A DNA stretch of 64,000 nucleotides from Ostreococcus lucimarinus (lineage: Eukaryota), in assembly GCA_000092065.1 (NCBI GenBank), contig CP000585.1; one strand, 5' to 3'. Positions within the stretch are counted from its first letter, which is position 1, and every line of letters begins with the position of its first letter. Positions 10,941 through 19,914 of this stretch are shown here, in pieces. The notes under the pieces were generated by a model. The model was not told the origin of the DNA. It saw only the letters and a program-made list of their open reading frames with translations, and did not search any database. The translations under genes were made by a program, and so were the position numbers.

Positions 10941-12050
10941 CTAATCCACCTTCTTGGAAGGCAAGGAGCGCTCGTTCGGCGCGCCTCGGAACACGGCTGG
11001 GTACGCCAAAGACTCACTCCCACCTCTAAGCTTGAGTTGATGCTTTCTAAATTCCTTATCCGTGCCAAACATCCAGTCGCACCACGTGAAAACGCTCGAG
11101 TACGGCCCTTCGAACGTCTTGTGATGGAAATCGTGGTGCACCGCGCCACCCCAAAATGGAATCAAATTTGTGGGATTCCACGGCACGTCGTAGCCAGAGT
11201 GATCCTCCACCGTTTCCACGAGCCTGAAAAACAACCAAACCCACAGCGTCACCATGTGCTTGGCGAAAAACAACGGCCCGAGCAACGTGCCGATGCCCAA
11301 AAAGAACGTCTCCACCGGGTGCGCGTACTCGGCGGCGATGCCGAACGGAAATTTGTGCTCGTGATGAATCTTGTGCACGTACTTGTACACCCGCTTATGG
11401 TGCAATCCCCTGTGAACCCAGTAAAAGTAGAAATCTTCAATCGCGAAAAACACCGGAATCTGCCACAACAAATCCCTCGATTTCGGCAACGCCTCCATCG
11501 CCAGCGAAAATCCAAAGTACGGCGCCACGAAATAAAACATCATTTGCATCGGCAACTGAATGAACACGTGCGACTTCAAAAGCTTCGTCAGGCACTTCAT
11601 CACCATTTCCTTGCTCGGCGTTTTATCCGGCTGTATCTTCCATCGCTTAAAGTATTCAAACTGATCCATCGCCAACCACGGCGTCCACGCGCCGAAGTAC
11701 ACCGCCTCGTGGTACGCGAACGTCAGCGGACCCGCGATGACGAACGGGTGAAAGTTATCCAGCACGACGCGCCAAACTTTCGCGAACATCGCGTCGACGC
11801 GTCGCTCGAGCGCGAGCGCGGCCTCGAGCGCGCGATCGACGAGGGGATCTTTCGACGCGCGGCGCGCGAATGCGGTCAGGTGCGACGTCAACGCGTCCGC
11901 GGACGCCGCGTGCGCGAGCGTCGCGGCGCCGGCGACGACGAGCGCGACGGCGAGGATCATCCTCGCGCCGTGATCGGGCATGGCGGGCGACGACGCGCGC
12001 GCCGGCGAGTGCGGCAGCGCAAGATGGGAGTCAGCCGCCAACGTCATCAT
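10941..12050 (-). CDS. sterol C4-methyl oxidase (SMO/ERG25, fatty-acid hydroxylase superfamily)
   Basis: Histidine boxes HRGLHHKRVYKYVHKIHHEHKFPFGIAAEYAHPVE and HHDFHH. FEYFKRWKIQPDKTPSKE as in ERG25/SMO. ATG ATG at 12050. Confidence 0.7.
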   Translation of the reverse strand: MMTLAADSHLALPHSPARASSPAMPDHGARMILAVALVVAGAATLAHAASADALTSHLTAFARRASKDPLVDRALEAALALERRVDAMFAKVWRVVLDNFHPFVIAGPLTFAYHEAVYFGAWTPWLAMDQFEYFKRWKIQPDKTPSKEMVMKCLTKLLKSHVFIQLPMQMMFYFVAPYFGFSLAMEALPKSRDLLWQIPVFFAIEDFYFYWVHRGLHHKRVYKYVHKIHHEHKFPFGIAAEYAHPVETFFLGIGTLLGPLFFAKHMVTLWVWLFFRLVETVEDHSGYDVPWNPTNLIPFWGGAVHHDFHHKTFEGPYSSVFTWCDWMFGTDKEFRKHQLKLRGGSESLAYPAVFRGAPNERSLPSKKVD

Positions 12051-12221
12051 TTTGGATAAAATGTCGCCGACGCGCGCGCGCGCGCCGCTCGAGTCGCGAA
12101 ACCGTCGCTCGCCGCGCCGTGCCGCGACGCGCGTGGCGCCGAGCTAAAAAACAATACAAACTACACCATCTACCGCGCGCGCGCGAGTCGCGCGCTCTAA
12201 ACGCGTCGTCGTCGACGCGGC

Positions 12222-12731
12222 TCACCGTCCCCTGGCCTCGAGCGAACGCGAACAAATATCCGCGCACTCAAACAAGCAGTACTCCCTCGACCGAAAGCTG
12301 TCCTTGAACACGATCGGGTCGCGACGAACGCTCGCCGGCCCCAATCCCGGCCCCCCGCCGCCGCCGCGCGCGCACGTCGCCAAGCATTTATTCGCGCACT
12401 TTTCCACCGCCTTCCCGTTCGGCCCCGACGTGAGCGACTTCAGCGACCGCCTCGCGCGCGAATCGCTCTCGCTCGCGCGCAATCCGTCCGGGACGTCTTC
12501 GATGTAAAACTCCGCGCGCGCCGACGGCGCGTGCGCGCCGACGACGACGCACGCCGCGACGCCGCACGCCGCGCGCGCCAACGCCGCGCCGTCGAACGCG
12601 TCGAACGAGCGACCGCGCCGGCGCGCGTCGTCGCGCGCCGTCGCGCCGGCGCGCGTCGTCGCGCGCGCGTCGCGCCGCGCGCGCGTCGACGCCGTCCCGA
12701 GGCGGCGCGGCGTCGCGCGCGCGAGCGTCAT
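12222..12731 (-). CDS. candidate small Cys-rich protein (two CX3CX3C motifs), uncertain
   Basis: ATG at 12731. R/A-rich leader then EFYIEDVPDG...EKCANKCLATC...REYCLFECADICS. The 3' part has mixed, coding-like codon usage with lower GC than flanks. No homolog recognised. Confidence 0.25.
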   Translation of the reverse strand: MTLARATPRRLGTASTRARRDARATTRAGATARDDARRRGRSFDAFDGAALARAACGVAACVVVGAHAPSARAEFYIEDVPDGLRASESDSRARRSLKSLTSGPNGKAVEKCANKCLATCARGGGGGPGLGPASVRRDPIVFKDSFRSREYCLFECADICSRSLEARGR

Positions 12732-12769
12732 CGGCGTCGCGTTGTCGCGCGCGAAGCGACACTTCGCGC

Positions 12770-13912
12770 ATGCCGAGCGTCGCCGTCGTCAAGTTCGGCG
12801 GCGCCGTGCTCACGGACAAGCGTCAACGCGGCGTCGTCGACGCGCGCGGGCTCGCGGATTGCGCGCGCGTCGCGCGACTCGCGCGCGACGCGGGCGCGTC
12901 GTTGATCATCGCGCACGGCGCGGGGAGTTTCGGACACGGTGCGACGCGACGGACGCGCGCGACGCGACGGACGCGATGGACGCGACGCGCGACTGACGCG
13001 CGCGGTGGCGACGCGGTCGCAGCGGAGGCGAAGGCGTGCGGGTGCGCGCGCGGCGGTGACTTGCGGGACGCGGCGTTCGCGCTGGGCGTCGACGGGACGC
13101 GAGCGAAAGTGCTCGAATTGAATCGACTCGTCGTCGACGCGCTGCGAGATGCCGGCGTGAACGCGCGAGGGATGACGCCGTGGCGCGAGGGGTGGCGAAC
13201 GCGAGGGCCGGGGCGGCCGGAGACGAGCGGACGAGACGAAGGACGCGCGGTGCTCGACGCGGTGCGCGACGGCGTCGTGCCGGTGATACACGGCGACGTG
13301 GTCGAGGACGTCGCGCAAGGCACGTCAGTGTTGAGCGCGGATACGATCGTCGAGATGTGCGCGAAATGGGCGATGGAAGAGTGGCCCGATGAGTGCCCGC
13401 GAGTGGTGTTTTGCAGCGACGTCTTCGGCGTCTACGACTCGCCGCCGACGACGCGAATCATAAACGCCGACGTCACCGACGGCGACGTACCGCTCCGCGT
13501 GAACGAAACCGAAACCGCCGTGCTCTTACGCGACATCATCGTCGACGCCGACGCCGACGCGAGCGATGGCACTCGCGTTCCCTGGCGATGCGCTCGCGCG
13601 TCGCCGCTCGCGCGTCTCGCCGAAGCCGCCGACGCCGCCGCCCTCGACGCCACGTTCGCCATCGACGACGCCATCGCCGACGTCACCGGCGGTGTTCGCG
13701 CCAAGCTCACCACCGCGATCGCCATCGCCTCGTATCTTCCCCCAGGCCCTCCCCGCGTGTTCCTCGCTCGGCCGGGCGCGTTTGCCGCCGAACCGTCGCG
13801 CGTCTCCGATCACGCCCTCAACGCCATCCTCGCCTTCGACGCGCGCGGCGCGCCCGACGATGCGGCACTGAATAATTTTATCGGCACCGCCATCGCGCGC
13901 CGCGCGCCGTAG
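12770..13912 (+). CDS. isopentenyl phosphate kinase (amino-acid kinase family); two exons 12770..12938 and 13023..13912
   Basis: VKFGGAVLTDK, HGAGSFGH, HGDVV, DVTGGVRAK match plant and archaeal IPK. An 84-nt in-frame intron 12939..13022 is inferred from a GTGCGACG donor, CGACTGACG branch point and CAG acceptor; removing it deletes an IPK-atypical TRRTRATRRTRWTRR insertion. Confidence 0.6.
   Translation: MPSVAVVKFGGAVLTDKRQRGVVDARGLADCARVARLARDAGASLIIAHGAGSFGHGATRRTRATRRTRWTRRATDARGGDAVAAEAKACGCARGGDLRDAAFALGVDGTRAKVLELNRLVVDALRDAGVNARGMTPWREGWRTRGPGRPETSGRDEGRAVLDAVRDGVVPVIHGDVVEDVAQGTSVLSADTIVEMCAKWAMEEWPDECPRVVFCSDVFGVYDSPPTTRIINADVTDGDVPLRVNETETAVLLRDIIVDADADASDGTRVPWRCARASPLARLAEAADAAALDATFAIDDAIADVTGGVRAKLTTAIAIASYLPPGPPRVFLARPGAFAAEPSRVSDHALNAILAFDARGAPDDAALNNFIGTAIARRAP
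12939..13022 (+). other. putative in-frame spliceosomal intron in IPK (84 nt)
   Basis: Donor gGTGCGACGCGACGG, branch point GCGACTGACGCG 24 nt upstream of CAG acceptor. Length is a multiple of 3, so the ORF track reads through it. Confidence 0.5.
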
Positions 13913-13956
13913 CGCCGATTTCCCCGTCTCGCGCGTCCCGCCTCGCGTGTCGTCCC

Positions 13957-16900
13957 ATGTCTAGAGTCCCAACCCTCCGCGCTCCGCGCGTCGGTCCCCA
14001 GTCGTCGCCTCTCGCGCCCGTCATGGCGCGCGCGAGCCGAGGCGTCGACGCGTCCGCCGACGCGAATGCCGACGCGTCCGACGCGCCCGCCGACGCGCCC
14101 GACGCGACGTCGCCGCACGTCGACGCGGCGGTGGGCGCCGACGACGTCGCGCCCACCGCCGCGATCGCGCCCGACGCGCAATCCGCGCCCGACGCGCACG
14201 ACGCGAGCGACGACGACGCGCCGAACGCCGCGAAATCGGAGAATAAAAACAGCACCGGTCGCGGAAGCGGACGCGCGAGCGATGGACCGCACGGTGGCGG
14301 CGGCGACGGGACGCTGACGGTCACCCCGGACTCGCCCGCGGACGAGACGTGGCGCGCGCGGCGCGGGCCGCTGGACGCGAGCGACGGTGGACCGTGGACG
14401 AGCGAGGACAGCGCGGGTGCGTGAGATTAATTCGACGCGCGCGACGACGCGCGCGGGACGGGAGAGGGCGCGAGAGGGTGGTGGCGACGCGATGATGGAG
14501 TGGACCTAGTGGTGGATCTCTCGCGACGCGCGACTGACGACGGATGTACCGACGGAAACAGGGCCGCAACCCGTGGACATGTACGGGAAATTCACGTGGA
14601 AGATTGAAAACTTTTCGGAAATCAGTAAGCGGGAATTGCGATCGAACGTGTTCGAGGTGGGCGGGTATAAGTGGTACATTTTGGTGTACCCGCAAGGATG
14701 CGACGTGAGCAATCACCTGTCGTTGTTTTTGTGCGTCGCCGATTACGACAAGCTGTTGCCGGGATGGAGTCATTTCGCGCAGTTTACGATTGCGGTGGTG
14801 AATAAGGATCCGAAAAAGTCCAAGTACAGCGATACGTTGCACCGGTTCTGTAAGAAGGAGCACGACTGGGGTTGGAAAAAGTTTATGGAGCTCACGAAGG
14901 TGCTCGACGGTTTCACCGTGGCGGACACGCTCGTGATTAAGGCTCAGGTTCAAGTGATACACGAGAAAGTCGCGAGACCTTTCAGATGCCTAGACCCGCA
15001 GTACAGGCGCGAGCTCGTTCGGGTGTACCTTACGAATGTCGAGGTGCGTAGAGGCGAAAAGCGACGTCTCGAGCCGTCGAACCGAAACATCCATCGTGCT
15101 GATGAAAACACATATCAAGCATTTCTCGTTCTGAGCAATATATTCTGATGAACATCTATACACCCATAGAATCTGAACGATGGATGGATTCGAGCTCGAC
15201 TGACTCGAGCGCGCGCGTGGCGAGACAAGCGACGACGACTGACTTTATTTTCATCTTGACCAAACGCAGGGCATTTGTCGAAGATTTTTAGATGAGAAGC
15301 GCGAGAAACTGATGACGATGCGCGCGGACGAAGAGCAATGGTCAAATCTTCGTCAATTCTGGAACTCTCGCGAGGGGAAAGAGAAGGTACAGCTCACGAT
15401 GGAGAAGTCTGACATTCTGCTCAAGGGGATCGTCAAGCGCTTCTTCAACGAAAAGGAAGTGACGTCGACGCTCGTCATGGATGCACTTTACTGCGGCTGC
15501 CGCGCGTTGGACATCGCGGAAAATGACTTGGAAGCCAAGGCGACCTCCGTGAGTACCTCGAATAAGTGCTCTGTGGCCATGAGCATCGTGCAAAACAAGA
15601 GTGTTTTGACGGGTGACTTTGTCTCGGCGCTCGAGCGGGCCGCTGACGGAACCGCGTTTGACGCGGACGAAGAAGACAAGAAATCCGCCTCGGATGACCT
15701 GTCCGCCACCGATGCCGTCGAACGCGATGAAAAACGATTAGCCGAACTTGGTCGTCGCACCATCGAGATGTACGTTCTCTCGCACGTGTTTGTCAACCGC
15801 GTCGAAATCGCGTTTCGCGAAGCCGAGGCGTTGATGCGCCAAGAGGCGCTTATCGCTGAGGAGGAAGAAGCCGAACGACTCGCACAAGAGCTTGAAGGTC
15901 AGAAGAAGAGCAAGAAGCAAAAGCAAAAAGAGCGTCAACGACAGAAGAAGGCTATCGAAGACGCTGAGAAGGCTGAAAAGGAGGCGGAAGAGGCTCGCAT
16001 TCGCGAAGAAGCCGAAGCGGCGAAGGAAGCTGAGCGCGCCGCCAAGGCAGCTGCTAAGGCAGCAGCGTTGGCAGAAGAGCGCGCGCGCGAGGAGGCGGAA
16101 GCGGCCATCAAAGCAAAGGCTGAAGCCGAAGCTCGCGCCGCGCGCGAAGCCAAGGCAGCGGCCAAGGCTGCCGAGAAGGCGAAACGAGAAGCCGAGGAAA
16201 AGGCCAAGGAGGACGAGGCGAGAAAGCTCAAGGAGGAAGCCGAAGCTAAGGCCGCCGCGGAGGCCGCGGCGAAGGCTATTCCGTCCCCTAAAGCTGATAG
16301 CCCTTCGACGCCCACCCGCACGAAGTCCATGTCGCAAGTTTCGTCACCTTCGAAGGTTATCCCGGCTCCGTTGTCGAACGAAGTGAGCACGTTGCGTTCG
16401 CGAATCTCTCAGCTCGAGCTTCAGCTCGACGAGAAGACGAGCGAATGCGCGCAACTTACCGCGGATTTGGACAAAGCGAAGGATATTATTTTGCAACTAC
16501 GAAGCGAGATGGTGAGCGGTGTATCGTCGATGTCGATGCAAAAGCAGTCGTCCATGGAGTCGCTTGGCGATGTCGCTCGTACCGCCCAGGCGGCTTCGGC
16601 GATGCTCGGCGATAGCACCAATATCGTGCGCATGGGATCATCGAGCATGATCGCGAATGGCGCATCCAACGGTGCGGTGACGTCGGGTATGCAGCCGATT
16701 TTGGCGAGCGCCAAGTCGCAGCCTCCGCTTCCTCCCGGGCCTCCGCCTCCAGGAAGCGGCGACGTCGGTCCGCCGCCGCCGCCGCGCGGTCCGCCGCCGC
16801 CTGGTTCGGCGCGCGTGAACGAAACTGGACCTGCATCGCCGCAACACAGTTCTAACAGCGGCTTACCGCCTTCCTTCGCCGCCATGGCGGCTGGATCGCG

Positions 16901-17120
16901 TCCGCCAGAACCTCCAGTGGTGCCGCCCGGCATGAGTAGCTACGGTCAACAACCGCCGCCGCCCGGCATGGGTCAGCAAGTCAATCCGCTCGGCACACCG
17001 CCATCGATGAAAACTATGGCCCCACCTCCGGGGATGGGTCACCCTTCCACGTGGTCTCCGGGCATACAGGAAGAGTTCCCGCACCTCGGCATGATCAGCG
17101 ACCTGTTGGACTTCGATTGA
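13957..17120 (+). CDS. MATH/TRAF-domain plus coiled-coil protein (Arabidopsis TRAF1a/At5g43560-like); exons 13957..14416, 14562..15043, 15270..17120
   Basis: Exon 2 encodes the MATH domain (YGKFTWKIENFSEISKRELRSNVFEVGGYKWYILVYPQGCDVSNHLSLFLCV...HDWGWKKF). Exon 3 begins GICRRFLDEKREKL...ILLKGIVKRFFNEKEVTSTLVMDALY, then E/A/K coiled coil and a Pro-rich tail, all collinear with At5g43560. Both introns have GTGCGT donors, GACTGAC branch points and CAG acceptors with consistent phases. Start may be the second Met at 14023, because 13957 is only 45 nt from the IPK stop. Confidence 0.7.
14417..14561 (+). other. intron 1 of MATH gene (145 nt)
   Basis: GTGCGTGA donor, GCGACTGACGACGG branch point, AACAG acceptor. 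Phase 1 is consistent on both sides. Confidence 0.6.
15044..15269 (+). other. intron 2 of MATH gene (226 nt)
   Basis: GTGCGTAG donor directly after ...YLTNVE. Two GACTGAC motifs; CGACGACGACTGAC lies 29 nt upstream of CAG acceptor. Exon 3 resumes in phase 0 with a conserved sequence. Confidence 0.75.
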
Positions 17121-17341
17121 TCGCGTCGCGACGTTTGGGGACGACGACAAACCACATCCGTCATCGATATCCGCCGCTAGCGAGCGAAACAACTGAAAAC
17201 CTGAACCCAGGAGAGTAGATAGACCGTCGCGCTTCCACGTAGAGCTTGGAAAGACAAATTCTCCTCATTTAAAACTTTTCCTCGCGAGCGCTAACGCGCC
17301 GTCGCGTCACTGCTCGACGCGTCACTGCTCGACGTCGCGCC

Positions 17342-18502
17342 ATGTCGACCCTCGATCTCGGCGTTCACGCTCGATGCGTGTGCGCCGTACCGAGCGTGGC
17401 GCGCGCAGACGGCGACGAACCATCGCCCTCGTCGTCGTCGTCGCGATTCTTCACCGCCACGAACACGCTAAGAGGCGAAAACAAATTGATCCAAGTCGAA
17501 TTCACTCCCGAGACGAAAACGTGCGCGACGACGACGTCCATCGCGCTCGAACACCGCTGTTGCGAGACCGTCGACGTCGACGAGACTGGTACACACGTCG
17601 TGGTGACGTACGAAGACGCAGGACGGGAGACGAAGCGCGTGCGAGGCGTGGCGACGGCGGCGGTGGGCGAGCGGGACGGCGCGAGCGGGACGCCGACGGA
17701 TTTAAGACTCGACGACGCGTCGTCGAGCGCGACGGCAAAAGACGTCGAAGAGTTTGAAACGGTGAAGTGCGCGCGATTGAACCGCGTCACCGGGACGTTG
17801 GTGACGGTGGATGAGTTTAAGGCGCGCGTGTGGCGTCGTCGGGACGACGGCGCGTTCGCGAGCGCGTCTTCGTGCGCCACTCGCGTCGATCAATCGCGCT
17901 CTGAGATCATCGGCGGAATGAATACGATGCAGGACGGCGTCGCACAAGGCGCATGGGATCCTCACTCGGCGGATGCGTTCGCGTGCGGTGTGGACGCTGA
18001 CGTCGTCGTGTTCGACGCGCGCACGGCGAGTCGCGCGCAGACGATTGAAAAGGCGCACGCCCAGCAAACGCGCGACGTGCGATACAACCCGAACAAACCG
18101 CACGAGATGATGTCGTGCGGCGACGACGGATTGCTCAAGATGTGGGACGCTCGCGCGCACGAGCGGCCGTTGAAAGTCGTCGCCGGGCACGAGCACTGGA
18201 TTTGGAACTGCGCGTACAATCCCGTATACGACGCTCTCACGCTCAGCGCCGGTTCCGACGGCACCGTGCGTCTGTGGTGCGATGACGACGCGTTACCGAG
18301 CGACTCGCACAGCGCTTCACGCGCGGACGCTCGAAGCGGCATTCGCGCCGTATCCCGCCGCGTCGTCCGCGCCGACTCCGTTTCGGCGCGCGCGTGCGCG
18401 TGGAGCGCCGCCGACCCTTGGACGTACGCCGTCGTCACCGCCGACGGCGCCTTCACCGCGCTCGAAGTTCCGCGCGAGGAAAAATATAGAATTCTCCTGT
18501 AA
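17342..18502 (+). CDS. EIPR1/TSSC1-like WD40 repeat protein
   Basis: RDVRYNPNKPHEMMSCGDDGLLKMWDARA...HEHWIWNCAYNPVYDALTLSAGSDGTVRLW...AWSAADPWTYAVVTADGAFTALEVPREEKYRILL is collinear with human TSSC1, including the C-terminal ...KYHILL. Confidence 0.75.
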   Translation: MSTLDLGVHARCVCAVPSVARADGDEPSPSSSSSRFFTATNTLRGENKLIQVEFTPETKTCATTTSIALEHRCCETVDVDETGTHVVVTYEDAGRETKRVRGVATAAVGERDGASGTPTDLRLDDASSSATAKDVEEFETVKCARLNRVTGTLVTVDEFKARVWRRRDDGAFASASSCATRVDQSRSEIIGGMNTMQDGVAQGAWDPHSADAFACGVDADVVVFDARTASRAQTIEKAHAQQTRDVRYNPNKPHEMMSCGDDGLLKMWDARAHERPLKVVAGHEHWIWNCAYNPVYDALTLSAGSDGTVRLWCDDDALPSDSHSASRADARSGIRAVSRRVVRADSVSARACAWSAADPWTYAVVTADGAFTALEVPREEKYRILL

Positions 18503-18791
18503 AGCGACGCACGTCCGAGCGAACGCCGCCGTCGCCGTCCGTCCGTCTCAGCGAAAAAAAGTCGGCACGCCGAGGTGCCGACTCGGCGCCGACGCGTCAT
18601 TCCGAGACGCGACGATCGCGTCGCGCGACCGCGTCGACGCGCGCGGGCGACGTCGCGACGCGCGCGAGCGACAAAAACTAAAACGAGCGAACGAACGCGC
18701 GCGCGCGAGGTCGACGGCGCGACGCGGGCGCGGGCGCGCGACGCGGTGATTACGAATTCGACATTCGTCGTCGACACTCATCGGCGGACGC

Positions 18792-19859
18792 ATGGGGAAA
18801 GACTTTTACGAGACGCTGGGGGTGTCGCGCGCGGACGCGGACGATCAGGAAAAATTGAAAAAGGCGTACAAGAAGGCGGCGCTGAAATCGCACCCGGATC
18901 GACCGGGAGGCGACGCCGAAAAGTTCAAGGCGGTGGGTTTGGCGTACGATGCGCTGAGCGACGCGAACAAGCGGACGATATACGACCGATACGGTGAGGA
19001 GGGGTTGAAGCAAGGGTTCGTGCCGCCGGAAGCGAGGGGCGAGGCGAGCGGTGCGAGCGCGGGTGGGTTTCCGGGAGGAGGATTTTCGGGAAGCGCGCCC
19101 GGGAGTGGATTTCGCGCGTCGAGCGGCGGCGGCGGTTTCGGGTTCCCCGGCGGCGGCGGGTTTCATGAATTCACCGGTGCAGACGCGGAAGATTTGTTCG
19201 CCAGGTTTTTCGGCGGTGGCGGCGGCGGCGGCGCGGGGTCACCGTTTGGAGGAGGAATGGGCGACGCGTTCGGCGCGGGCGTGGGGAGCAAACGACGTCG
19301 TCCCGAGTGCGTGTTGAATCTCGAGTGCACGCTCGAGGAGCTGTTTAGAGGCGGACGCCGGGACATCAACTACGTTCGAAACGTGCGTGCGGGAACGAGC
19401 GGTCAGATGGCTCAAAGTAATGAGTGCATCTCGATCGATTTCAAACCCGGTTGGAAAACCGGCACGAAAATTACATTTGCCGGAAAAGGGAACGAAGACG
19501 CGCAAACCGGCGAAGCGGCGGATCTGGTCGTGGTGATCAAGGAAACGCCGCACAAATTCTTACGACGAGATGGAGATGACTTGGTGTACGAAGTTCCTCA
19601 AATCTCACTTCGCAGCGCGTTGATTGGTTGGAAGGTTGAATTCGTCAACGTAGACGGCGAGAAGGTGCGTCTATCGTTCGACGATCCTACGGCTCCAGGA
19701 TCGGCGCGCGCGGTTCGAGGAAAAGGAATGCCGAATCAGAAGACCGGGCGGAGAGGCGACCTCATCGTCACCGTAAAAACCGTCAAGTTTCCCTCGCATC
19801 TCAACTCGAAACAAAAAACATTGCTACGCGAAGCCTTCGCTCCAGGTGCCGCGGCGTGA
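18792..19859 (+). CDS. DnaJ/Hsp40 subfamily B (J domain, G/F-rich linker, C-terminal substrate-binding domains; no zinc finger)
   Basis: J domain with HPD (KDFYETLGV...KSHPDRPGG...[13 protein letters not shown]), Gly/Phe-rich region, and Sis1/DNAJB1-like C-terminus ([12 protein letters not shown]). Confidence 0.8.
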   Translation: MGKDFYETLGVSRADADDQEKLKKAYKKAALKSHPDRPGGDAEKFKAVGLAYDALSDANKRTIYDRYGEEGLKQGFVPPEARGEASGASAGGFPGGGFSGSAPGSGFRASSGGGGFGFPGGGGFHEFTGADAEDLFARFFGGGGGGGAGSPFGGGMGDAFGAGVGSKRRRPECVLNLECTLEELFRGGRRDINYVRNVRAGTSGQMAQSNECISIDFKPGWKTGTKITFAGKGNEDAQTGEAADLVVVIKETPHKFLRRDGDDLVYEVPQISLRSALIGWKVEFVNVDGEKVRLSFDDPTAPGSARAVRGKGMPNQKTGRRGDLIVTVKTVKFPSHLNSKQKTLLREAFAPGAAA

Positions 19860-19914
19860 GCTTCGTGGCGCGTAGACCGTCGGTACAATATTTTGTCATC
19901 ATCGACATATTACA

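Noticed and set aside
19378-19420. GTGCGTG donor-like motif inside the DnaJB coding region; also GTGCGCGA at 28374 and GTGCGACG at 5660.
   Set aside because: The read-through translation aligns without gaps to DNAJB1, the SnoaL domain and the Tex N-terminus respectively, and no appropriately spaced GACTGAC/AG follows. These are chance matches to the donor consensus.
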